NCBI GenBank assembly: GCA_963807605.1
Contig: CAWECG010000003.1
Location: forward strand, 320,001 to 384,000
Direction: 5' to 3'
Source: Candidatus Bathyarchaeota archaeon
Lineage (GTDB): Archaea; Thermoproteota; Bathyarchaeia; 40CM-2-53-6; RBG-13-38-9
Length of the DNA stretch: 64,000 nt
Every line of letters begins with the position of its first letter. Within the stretch, counting starts at the first letter, position 1. A program made the position numbers and the translations under genes. The notes under the pieces were generated by a model. That model was not told the origin of the DNA, did no database searches, and was given only the letters and a program-made list of their open reading frames with translations. Of this stretch, positions 20,701 to 28,822 are shown one piece after another.

Positions 20701-21572
20701 TGTTCCCGCCTCTTTCCGAACAGACCTTGAGGTCTAAGGAAGAAGGTCAGTACCAGTATTATGTAGGATACCGCAGGGGACATTCCTTGAGTCCAGTAGC
20801 TCCCCGTAAAGCTGGTTGCCAAACCAATTAGAAGGCCCGCAACTAGGCAGCCGACCGGGTCGCCCACCGTTCCTAGGATAACGATTGTGAAGGAGTAAAG
20901 CGTAAAGGACATGCCACCGTACGGGTCGAACGGGTATACGAGCGTGATAAGCCCTCCTGCGAACACTGTAAGAGTAATGCCAATCGCGAATCCTGCGGCG
21001 TAGATCCTATCAACATTGATCCCGACGAGACTGGCAGCTCTCCAATCTGACACCGTAGCCCGGACACTCCTCCCAAAATATGTGTACTTCAAAATCACCA
21101 GCACCAAGATTGTTGCGGCAACTGAAACAATTGCTGGAAGCAATTTGTTTCCCGGAACTATTACCGTACCCACCGCGAAGTTCGGATAGAAGACCGGTAT
21201 GGATCTGGTAAGTGGTTCCCAAGCAACCAACATGGAGTTTGATAATACGCTTGATAACCCAAAAAGTACCAGTAATGATCTCAAGCTTACTTTTCTCACA
21301 ACATGTCGAATAAGAATATAGTAGGCTGCCAAACCTAGAGCTGCCCCTATCAAGGCGGCAACTGGAAACCCAAAGATCGGATCAAGAGAAAACATTGCAT
21401 TCAGCCAAAAGACGACGTAACATCCAAGTATCAACATGTCCCCGCTTGCTATGTTGAATATCTTCATTATGCCAAATATCAACGTCATACCGACCGATGC
21501 TAATGCCATGATCAGTCCTACAAGAAGACCCGTAACAACAGTCTGCGCAAAAAGCTCCATCACCATGCTCAT
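20697..21572 (-). CDS. livH: Branched-chain amino acid ABC permease LivH
   Basis: ALASVGMTLIFG.M..FN.A.G, T.FGR.VRA......A.LVGIN, RPQGLFG. Confidence 0.9.
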   Translation of the reverse strand: MSMVMELFAQTVVTGLLVGLIMALASVGMTLIFGIMKIFNIASGDMLILGCYVVFWLNAMFSLDPIFGFPVAALIGAALGLAAYYILIRHVVRKVSLRSLLVLFGLSSVLSNSMLVAWEPLTRSIPVFYPNFAVGTVIVPGNKLLPAIVSVAATILVLVILKYTYFGRSVRATVSDWRAASLVGINVDRIYAAGFAIGITLTVFAGGLITLVYPFDPYGGMSFTLYSFTIVILGTVGDPVGCLVAGLLIGLATSFTGSYWTQGMSPAVSYIILVLTFFLRPQGLFGKRREQ

Positions 21573-21630
21573 TCATCCCATGAAAAGCGAGTGCTATTCC
21601 ATACAAGAGAAGAAAGAAAAGATTTGCGGT

Positions 21631-21840
21631 CTAAAGAGTGGACCATTTTGCAATTGGATATCTCAGCGGGGCTTTGGCAACTTTGTCTGGGTAGGCGTAG
21701 ACTGGTTTGCCATCCTGCCATTGGAGCGCTGACATCTTGTGGCCTGTCTGCCAGACGAGGGCGCCACCGGCGTATTTCAGATACTTTCGTCCAGTAACCT
21801 TGTTATAATCGCTCTTCTTCTCATCACTCAAGTCGAGCAC
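21631..21840 (-). pseudogene. Internally deleted remnant of the SBP gene family of 10289..11680
   Basis: The N-terminus (LSDEKK..RKYLKYAGG) is fused directly to the C-terminus (WQTGHKMS.LQWQDG.PV..YP....PLRYP.AKWST). DNA is near-identical to 11560-11630. Confidence 0.85.
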
Positions 21841-22021
21841 CCAGAACTGCCAGTAAAGAATGTCCATATTTATGCGTTTCTAAGGGTGCTAGGATTGTTC
21901 GTGCCATAAGGCGTATTCCCGGCGTCGTCTGTAATATGGTTGATGAGAAGTCTCTTCGATGATATTTCGAAAGAGGTTGAGAAAGCACCATGATAGATGG
22001 TTGCTCGCACCTAGCCGGCTG

Positions 22022-22429
22022 CTATTGACTGTTTTTCTCGTCGAACTCCTTCCTTAACTCTTTGTCAAGCTGTTCCTTCAGAGAGAAATACTTTTTGAAC
22101 CTACTATTCCATTTCGAGAGAAAGGTATATTCTCTAATTCCGACTGCAAGCCAGAGTGAAGCCACAATTAGGATAATGCCAAAATAGATGAGTGATATGG
22201 CTCCCAGTATAGGATCCACCCTGAAGATGATGAAAACCAATCTTCTGTGAAGCAGAAGAGACAGTGTGAAGAAGAGAGATATCGGTGCTGCGAGAATCGA
22301 TGTCAAGACAAGAATGTTAAACCAAGTCCTCTCCGCATTTATATGAAGAATCAACGCATCGATCATCTCCAAGAGCCCCCCCTCCTCTTGACCGCCTTCT
22401 TGTTCGTTCTGAGTCATTTTCTCAGCCAA
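22022..22429 (-). CDS. Two-TM hypothetical membrane protein
   Basis: Two hydrophobic segments, charged C-terminus; co-oriented with its neighbours. Confidence 0.6.
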   Translation of the reverse strand: MAEKMTQNEQEGGQEEGGLLEMIDALILHINAERTWFNILVLTSILAAPISLFFTLSLLLHRRLVFIIFRVDPILGAISLIYFGIILIVASLWLAVGIREYTFLSKWNSRFKKYFSLKEQLDKELRKEFDEKNSQ

Positions 22430-22473
22430 TTCAAACTCGACCCATCACTAATAAATTGATTCCGTAACTTTGT

Positions 22474-22800
22474 TCATATACCCTTCTTTATTCTCGGAAA
22501 CATCGCCTCGTAAGGTTCGAGTATTCTCTTGCAGAAGGCCAAGCCGGCTTCTGTCGCTCTGTAAATGGTCACTCTCCTACGTCCGTGTAGCGCCTCACTC
22601 TTAGTTATGAGGCCTTTCGCCTCCATATCGTCTAGTATGGGCTTGTGTTTTCGCAGGTTGAGCCCACAGTAACTAAGAAGCGCAGTCTGATTCAGAGATC
22701 CGTATTGAATCAGTTTCAATATTATGTCTTTACGGATGTATACTCTGTCGCGGTATTCGCTAGTTGTCGACAATGTTCTCACCGGCGACCATCGTGACAC
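22474..22800 (-). CDS. Archaeal winged-HTH protein
   Basis: YRDR.YI..DI.L.L.....LNQTALLSYCGLN....K.IL..ME.KGLI...Y..TE.G. Confidence 0.75.
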   Translation of the reverse strand: MSRWSPVRTLSTTSEYRDRVYIRKDIILKLIQYGSLNQTALLSYCGLNLRKHKPILDDMEAKGLITKSEALHGRRRVTIYRATEAGLAFCKRILEPYEAMFPRIKKGI

Positions 22801-22880
22801 CTAAAGGACTTTCGGGCATCCGTGTCTTTTCCCGAAGCGATATGTCCTCAAGCTTGGATCTCCAGCGATTGCAGATCGAG

Positions 22881-23417
22881 TCAGATGATATATCTCTGGT
22901 TTTCCCTCTCAAGATCCTTTACTATTTCAACAACCCTCTTGGGCGCCTCAATCTCATCCAACGGCAAACCCTTAAGGATAGACCATGGACCTAATCTGGC
23001 CAGATGAGAAGCTACGTGATTCTCTCCGAAAGATTCGTTAGATATCTTGTACACCAACGGTCTCACGCTATACTCCTCAACGTACCCTAGCGAATGAAGA
23101 TACTCATGCAGAAGGATTGTGTATATGAAGGCATTAATTACATTTCTCGACTTTGCTGTTGACTCTACGATTTGGAGGAGAGCCCCCTTCACGATTATTG
23201 CATTTGAACCCAGCGGATGATAAGCTCCCAATTGTAGCGGGAGATCATCAAGGTAAACCATAAGTCCAACCCTATATCTGTCCAGCGATCTCTTCACAGT
23301 GTCTTTGACGATTTCGTATACGTCGCTGAGACTCTTTGCCTCAGCCAGGCGGACCCTGAACTCTTTCACTGAGGATTCTTTTGCGTCAGATCCTCCCAAT
23401 TCGCTATGAGTATTCAA
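22881..23417 (-). CDS. Uncharacterised HExxH protein, paralog 3
   Basis: LGAYHPLGSNAI, ILLHEYLHSLG, G.NH.A...A..GPW. Confidence 0.7.
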   Translation of the reverse strand: MNTHSELGGSDAKESSVKEFRVRLAEAKSLSDVYEIVKDTVKRSLDRYRVGLMVYLDDLPLQLGAYHPLGSNAIIVKGALLQIVESTAKSRNVINAFIYTILLHEYLHSLGYVEEYSVRPLVYKISNESFGENHVASHLARLGPWSILKGLPLDEIEAPKRVVEIVKDLERENQRYII

Positions 23418-23673
23418 CCGGAGTAACCGCCAGTCTCTCAGTGCATGCTGTTTAGATCTTCATGGAGAAGACAAAATAGCTTTAGCCTCTGTCCAACAGG
23501 CATTCCTACTAACAGGAACATGTTCTGTTTTGCGCTTGGGGCTTTCGCTAAGGAGACGGCTCTTCTGGAACTTACTCCTGCCAGCACGTAAGTGCGCGTT
23601 TTTGAGTTAGACGATGCCCGAGCCTTTTGTGAATTCTCCAAACTGGAGTCTGTCTCCGAGTGATTTTCTGGTT

Positions 23674-24399
23674 CTATGGCAGAAGTCTATAGTAGACCCG
23701 TCTGTTGTTCCTACCTTTGTTTTCGGCTTTTAGAAACTCTATTTGGCCAACCTCTCTTAGGCTCCGGACGTGGGTTCCAGCGTCAGCCTGTTTATCGACA
23801 CCCTCTATCTCCACGATCCTTAACTCGGATACTTGCGGTGGCAAGGCTTCAGCCATCTTGATTACGCCTGGAATCTTGAGTGCTTCCTCGCGTGGAAGAG
23901 TGTAGGTTTTTACTGGCACATCCTTCTTGAAGAGTTGATTGGCCTTATCGATACATTCCATGAAGAGATCTCTATCAAAAATCTCCAAGTTGAAGTCAAA
24001 TCTAGACTTTTCCATGGTCAACTCGTTTCCAGTGACCAGTGCGTTTGTCTTATTGCAGAGAACTGCTATTAGAACATGGGCAGCCGTGTGGCTTCGCATC
24101 ATGCGGTATCTTCTGTTCCAATCAATCTGGCAGTGTAGTGTATCCCTAATTCTTAGTCCTTCTCGATCGACCTCATGAGAAATCTCGCCGAAGGACTTTC
24201 CGACATTCATGACATTGAAGACTTCACCTTTTCTTGTCATGTCTCCTACATCATTGAGTTGACCTCCGCCTTTAGGGTAGAATACTGTTTGGTCCAGAAC
24301 TACGTACTTGGAGTCGCTGATCTTGGTGATTGTTGCATCGCATTCTTTCAGGTACGCGTCATCCATGTAAAGCAGCTTGCTCATCGTGTGTAACCTCAA
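23674..24399 (-). CDS. alaX: Alanyl-tRNA editing protein AlaX (AlaX-M type)
   Basis: LY..D.Y, LDQTVFYP.GGGQ..D, DW.RRY.MMR.HTA.H, QADAGTHV, NKG..NRR. Confidence 0.9.
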   Translation of the reverse strand: MRLHTMSKLLYMDDAYLKECDATITKISDSKYVVLDQTVFYPKGGGQLNDVGDMTRKGEVFNVMNVGKSFGEISHEVDREGLRIRDTLHCQIDWNRRYRMMRSHTAAHVLIAVLCNKTNALVTGNELTMEKSRFDFNLEIFDRDLFMECIDKANQLFKKDVPVKTYTLPREEALKIPGVIKMAEALPPQVSELRIVEIEGVDKQADAGTHVRSLREVGQIEFLKAENKGRNNRRVYYRLLP

Positions 24400-24465
24400 G
24401 AGAACCTGTTGGATCTGTATTTTAAGTCAAGCTGTCAAACATCAGAAGTGCTTGAAGGTGAGTTA

Positions 24466-24566
24466 TGGAGCCCCGGCTGGGCTTCGATCCCAGGACTTAC
24501 GGCTTACGAAGCCGTCGCTCTGCCAGGCTGAGCTTTCCCGCCTGTACTATCTTCAGGAACCGGGGC
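24466..24566 (-). tRNA. tRNA-Thr(CGU) with a 24-nt intron (24535..24558) between positions 8 and 9, encoded CCA
   Basis: Removing the insert gives GCCCCGG TA GCTC AGCCTGGCA GAGC G ACGGC TTCGTAA GCCGT AAGTC CTGGG ATCGAAG CCCAG CCGGGGC TCCA. The junctions form a perfect BHB. Confidence 0.88.
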
Positions 24567-24672
24567 GGAAAAACCGGGGCACGACGATCTTGATTGGTGA
24601 TACTCATAAGGATTTTTAGGTGCGTTCGATTGGGATCCATTCAGTATTCCATGAACGTGGACGAAGATCCCC

Positions 24673-25665
24673 ATGTCAAGCAAACAAGGATTGGGCGAGA
24701 GAAGAATCATTGAGGTTATAGTTGATCTGCAAGACAAGATGCGCAATAACCCTCTGCCGTTCGGTGACGATGTCTCGGCTGTGCGAATAGGTGGAGGAAA
24801 ACTGGCCGTCTTAAAATGCGACATGCTAGTAGGGCTCACAGACGTTCCCAAGGGTATGAGCCTCCGGCAGGCCTCAAGGAAAGCTGTTGTCTCTAGCGTA
24901 AGCGACTTCGCCGCCAAAGGAGTTCAACCTCAGGCTCTGCTGGCCTCGCTGGGATTGCCCAGAAGATTTGGCTATGAAGATGTCAAAGAGATCGGTTTGG
25001 GACTCAACTCCGGCGCAAGAGAGTATAATACGTACGTCCTAGGCGGGGACACTAACGAATCTACAGATCTCACCGTAGATGTTTCCGCTTTCGGCATTTG
25101 CAGAGAGAAGGAACTTGTCCGTCGTGACACGGCAAAGCCAGGAGACGTGGTCGCAGTGACAGGCGACTTCGGACTGACTGCGCTGGGTCTGAGAGTGACT
25201 AAGGACCACTTGGAAGTTCCTCAGAAACTAAAGGAGGCAGCAGCTCACTCGATATACATGCCTAAGGCGAGACTGATTGAGGGTCTGGCACTTGCCGGGA
25301 ATCACCTCGTTTCCGCATCCATTGACTCGAGCGACGGCCTAGCTTGGAGTCTGTATGAACTTGCTAGATCAAGTAAAGTTGGATTCGAGATCGAGAACCT
25401 ACCGATTGATAGAAAAGTCGAAGAATTCGCTCTCAGAAATAACCTAAGTCCTTCGGATCTTGCTCTGTACGGTGGGGAAGAATACGAGTTGGTCGTAACC
25501 ATTAAACCCACAATGCTCGGAAAAGCCAAGAGGAAAGTCTCCGGACTAAAACCTATAGGGAGGGTCACGACGGAGCACGGTAAGATCAATCTGAAATCGG
25601 GCGGTGAGATCCATGAGATCGCGCCTAGAGGCTACGAGCACCTGGTGCACGGAGGATCTTCCTAG
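24673..25665 (+). CDS. thiL: Thiamine-monophosphate kinase
   Basis: GER.II, GDD, DMLV, SD.AAKG..P, GGDT, R..AKPGD.V.VTG..G, IDSSDGL, GGEEYEL, GYEH. Confidence 0.93.
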   Translation: MSSKQGLGERRIIEVIVDLQDKMRNNPLPFGDDVSAVRIGGGKLAVLKCDMLVGLTDVPKGMSLRQASRKAVVSSVSDFAAKGVQPQALLASLGLPRRFGYEDVKEIGLGLNSGAREYNTYVLGGDTNESTDLTVDVSAFGICREKELVRRDTAKPGDVVAVTGDFGLTALGLRVTKDHLEVPQKLKEAAAHSIYMPKARLIEGLALAGNHLVSASIDSSDGLAWSLYELARSSKVGFEIENLPIDRKVEEFALRNNLSPSDLALYGGEEYELVVTIKPTMLGKAKRKVSGLKPIGRVTTEHGKINLKSGGEIHEIAPRGYEHLVHGGSS

Positions 25666-25998
25666 AGCTTTTTCTTAACTGGGTCTTGAGAGCAGACTGT
25701 ATATTAAGGGCTGATTCCAATGTCTGGCATGCTTGTCAGGCCTCACATGAGGTGGGCATGTGCAACCTCTAATCACATATCTAGTGATCGTTGCATTGAA
25801 GAATGCTGATACTGTCTGTAGACTAGAAACTCGTTGATGTTTTAGGGGAGGCTTCGACCGTGCTCGACATATCTCGTCGGCTAACAGGCGGGCGCGCACT
25901 GATTGGTGGAACCAATCTCGACTTGCGTTCACGTTTGTCGAGTACGTACTCTCAGACGAAAGCACGTAGGTCATCTGGAAAATGGGGGTTCACAACAA

Positions 25999-26814
25999 TT
26001 GAAGCTTGATCTGGGTCTCTTGTCTGACAGTATACTTATGCTGTTCTTAGGCGTAGTCTGCCTAGTCTTCGTACTGTTCATCTCACTCCCGTTGGTAGCT
26101 GTCTTCCTGAATCTCGACCTTAACAAGGTATTAGTGCAATTGAAGAACCCGGAGATCGTAAGTGCCCTAACAATCGGTTTGGTAACATCCTTCCTGGCCA
26201 CTCTGGCTTCTTTTGTCTTTGGAGTTCCGACAGCCTATCTGCTGGCGACTAGAAAGTTCCCTGGAAGGACACTAATCGATACTATACTTGATGTTCCAAT
26301 AGTCCTGCCGCCAGCAGTCGCCGGTGTAGCGCTCCTGCTGGTTTTTGCTCCAAGAGGCCTCCTCGGGCCTATGCTACGGAAATCCGGGATAATCCTGCCA
26401 GGGAGCACAGTCGCCGTTATTATAGCGCAGGTATTTGTCGCATCCCCGTTTCTGTTGAGATCCGCAAAGACAGCATTTGAGAGCATCGACCGAACGCTTA
26501 TCGATAGCGCTAAAATGTTGAACCCTTCAAGGTTCAGAGTCTTCGTGACTGTCACTTTGCCTCTGGCTACACATGGTCTCCTGGCTGGAACGATAATGAC
26601 CTGGGCCAGGTCTATGGGTGAGTTTGGTGCAACCCTGATGTTTGCGGGAAACCTGCCTGGTGTAACCCAGACTATGCCTCTGGCAATCTACATGCTGCTT
26701 GCTGAGGATCCTCTGGCATCGAATGTGTTATCCGCGATTCTGGTGGCAGTCTCATTCTCTGTCCTCGCCGTCTTCAAACTTCTGGGACGGAAAAGGTACG
26801 GTGCAAGACTGTAA
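25999..26814 (+). CDS. modB: Molybdate/tungstate ABC transporter permease (orphan)
   Basis: P.VLPPAVAG.ALL, AQVFVASPF, WARSMGEFGAT.MFAGN.PG.TQTMPLAIY. Start probably TTG 25999. Confidence 0.85.
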   Translation: MKLDLGLLSDSILMLFLGVVCLVFVLFISLPLVAVFLNLDLNKVLVQLKNPEIVSALTIGLVTSFLATLASFVFGVPTAYLLATRKFPGRTLIDTILDVPIVLPPAVAGVALLLVFAPRGLLGPMLRKSGIILPGSTVAVIIAQVFVASPFLLRSAKTAFESIDRTLIDSAKMLNPSRFRVFVTVTLPLATHGLLAGTIMTWARSMGEFGATLMFAGNLPGVTQTMPLAIYMLLAEDPLASNVLSAILVAVSFSVLAVFKLLGRKRYGARL

Positions 26815-26980
26815 TCAAACTCAAGAATGCCAAGAAACAATTGGCAGGCAGTACTGAGAGGAATAACATCAAATGTGCGAAAGCATGAACTTCTAACAGC
26901 AGCGGGCCCCGTCCTATTCGAACCCGTATAGGTATGAACCGGCGTGAATTCTATAGGCGATTCTAAAAGCGAGAACGCTG

Positions 26981-27001
26981 CGAATCCCGCCCGGTCCACC
27001 A
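26981..27001 (+). mobile_element. Isolated tRNA-Ala-like 3' fragment (att-site scar)
   Basis: CGAATCCCGCCCGGTCCACCA: T-loop end, acceptor 3' strand with U70 (G3:U70 Ala identity element) and ACCA. No 5' half upstream. Confidence 0.6.
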
Positions 27002-27028
27002 CAAAAATTATCCGAACCCTTTTCTTCT

Positions 27029-27049
27029 TGGCGGGCCCGGTGGAACTCG
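27029..27049 (-). mobile_element. Isolated tRNA-Arg/Lys-like 3' fragment (att-site scar)
   Basis: Reverse complement CGAGTTCCACCGGGCCCGCCA; no 5' half. Confidence 0.55.
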
Positions 27050-27228
27050 CCTAGAAGATTAAGCGAATCTCTTCACATGCATAACTTTAGGCTGTCGGGA
27101 AATTCCAGATTTGTGTGTGGTTTTCAATTGGCTAAGTTTTCCTGTGGGTGCTAATGACTTAAGAGTTTAGGACCTAATTGCCTAAGTCTTTTTGAATTGC
27201 TAAAGGCTTATATCGTTACAAGCCGCGC

Positions 27229-27402
27229 TTGTCGAAGAAATCGAAGCCACACTTGCCAGGGATTCTGAAACACAACATACCGAGGCTCATAGAAGAGATC
27301 GGCAGAACATATGGGAAAGAAGGCTCCAAGGCGGCAGAAGAGTTGGGGAAGGCTGTCCAATCATCGATAAGACAGGTTGAGAGCCTGAAGAGAAGGAAAT
27401 AG
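27229..27402 (+). CDS. Small basic hypothetical protein (57 aa, below ORF-track cutoff)
   Basis: TTG..TAG: MSKKSKPHLPGILKHNIPRLIEEIGRTYGKEGSKAAEELGKAVQSSIRQVESLKRRK; TTATAT box upstream. Confidence 0.4.
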   Translation: MSKKSKPHLPGILKHNIPRLIEEIGRTYGKEGSKAAEELGKAVQSSIRQVESLKRRK

Positions 27403-27564
27403 GCTCCCACGAAACCTTAACTAAAAGACCAAAAAGTCACAAGCTAATCCCACACTATGAAATGCACGGAATACTACGTGGAGATCTAGCGTGCCTGCGC
27501 GCATACTCTTGCCGCAGATGAATGCGTGATAACGTGTCTTATTGAATGGACGCGGGTTCTTAGC

Positions 27565-28710
27565 TCATTGCTTTCTCTTGGTCTTCAAGCCTCTTCGCAA
27601 GAATCTCTTCTTCGATCTTGATTTCTCTGTCAGGAGGCGTTTGAGTCTGCTGGCCAGCTCATCATAGACGTTAGGTAACTCCCACCCCGCATGACTGTAT
27701 GTTACTTTGCCTCCGGGAGTTGTTATCGCAACGTCGACCTCGTACCTTCGCCTCTCCTTTCCTTTGACAGACTCGGAGGTCTTTATGATAGAGCGTGCCT
27801 CCTCGATCTCTGGGAAGACTTTTCTGAGGTTGTTTACGACATTTACAAACTTGGTTTTGGCAACCTCGGATTCGAAGGGGTCTTCTGGCAACCCGATTAT
27901 GTAGACTGGAATCTCCGCCTTGATCTCGGGCTCCGCGATCAACTTGATGTAGTCTCTTGGGGTGACTATCCCTTCAATCTCATCCAAGACAGTGATGAGA
28001 GCATAGGTCTTCTCCGCCCGCAGCATATCCCTCAACACTTCAGAGGCCTCTTTTTCAGCCTGACATTGCAATGGCTCCGTCTCCATCAGAGATTTGACTT
28101 GGAACCCGAGATTCCTTTGACCATCCAGTCCTAAGGTCTCACTTCCAATCCTCTCTCTGGGAACTAGATGGAAGACTATCTGACTTGACGTGATGATGCC
28201 TGAGACTTTCCTATCAGACGTCGCCGGCAGATGGTCGATCTTCTTATCAACCATCAGATTCTTGGCTTTTGCAACGGTATCTTCCTGAGATATCGTCATC
28301 AGACTACCTGAGGTCAAGGATTTTACTTGGAAATTCAGGAATCCCTTCTCCGACAATATCTCAAGGATCCTCTTCGCTGTCACCGCACCTGTGACTTCGC
28401 CATCTTCCACCACTGGCAGTGCTCTGAGTCGGAAGTCGGTCATGATCCTTGCAGCCCGGCCCAGACTGGTTGTCGGTGAAAGTCTAGTAGGATGTTCCAT
28501 CAGCGTAGCAGTCTTCGTGCTTGTCAGCTGGGGCACCTTCAGGATATCCCTCATAGTGACCATTCCAATCCTGCCGTTTTCGACAATGAAGATCTCATAC
28601 GCATTAAGCTCCTCCAGTACGCCGACAATCTTGGATATCGTATATGTCGGTGGAACGATCACAGCTGGGGTTTGGATTTCCTTAACTTCGATTCCCTTCA
28701 TAGCTTCCAT
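27565..28710 (-). CDS. Four-CBS-domain protein with C-terminal HPF/RaiA-like domain (candidate ribosome hibernation factor)
   Basis: CBS repeats (GMVTMRDIL, LPVVEDG.VTGAVT, DHLP....VSGIIT, GIVTPRD); C-terminal RYEVDVAITTPGG......GWEL..VYDEL..RLKR. Confidence 0.7.
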   Translation of the reverse strand: MEAMKGIEVKEIQTPAVIVPPTYTISKIVGVLEELNAYEIFIVENGRIGMVTMRDILKVPQLTSTKTATLMEHPTRLSPTTSLGRAARIMTDFRLRALPVVEDGEVTGAVTAKRILEILSEKGFLNFQVKSLTSGSLMTISQEDTVAKAKNLMVDKKIDHLPATSDRKVSGIITSSQIVFHLVPRERIGSETLGLDGQRNLGFQVKSLMETEPLQCQAEKEASEVLRDMLRAEKTYALITVLDEIEGIVTPRDYIKLIAEPEIKAEIPVYIIGLPEDPFESEVAKTKFVNVVNNLRKVFPEIEEARSIIKTSESVKGKERRRYEVDVAITTPGGKVTYSHAGWELPNVYDELASRLKRLLTEKSRSKKRFLRRGLKTKRKQ

Positions 28711-28822
28711 GCCACAGCCGCTCCCATGGTTGATTCGGCAGAGAGAGTTAGAAGCCTGTTCTTAAATGTTGACATAGAATCGCCGCTTGGCAGCATGTAG
28801 ATTCTAACAGGCTTTCTCCATA

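Noticed and set aside
23760-23790. AlaX lacking the zinc-ligand Cys (QADAGTH)
   Set aside because: QADGGTH-type variants are, as I recall, common in this subfamily, so this is not evidence of inactivation.
24484-24490. T-loop ATCGAAG in tRNA-Thr as a sign of a pseudogene
   Set aside because: All stems pair perfectly, and A54-type T-loops occur in other archaeal tRNAs.
24567-24580. Upstream GCCCCGGT as the true tRNA 5' exon with a 38-nt intron
   Set aside because: That register gives only a weak inner helix, whereas the proximal copy gives a perfect BHB. It is not fully excluded.
27140-27460. MITE-like inverted repeats around the small ORF 27229..27402
   Set aside because: The similarity (TGTGGG..GCT..TGACTT..TTAG) is too gapped to support, and no target duplication was seen.
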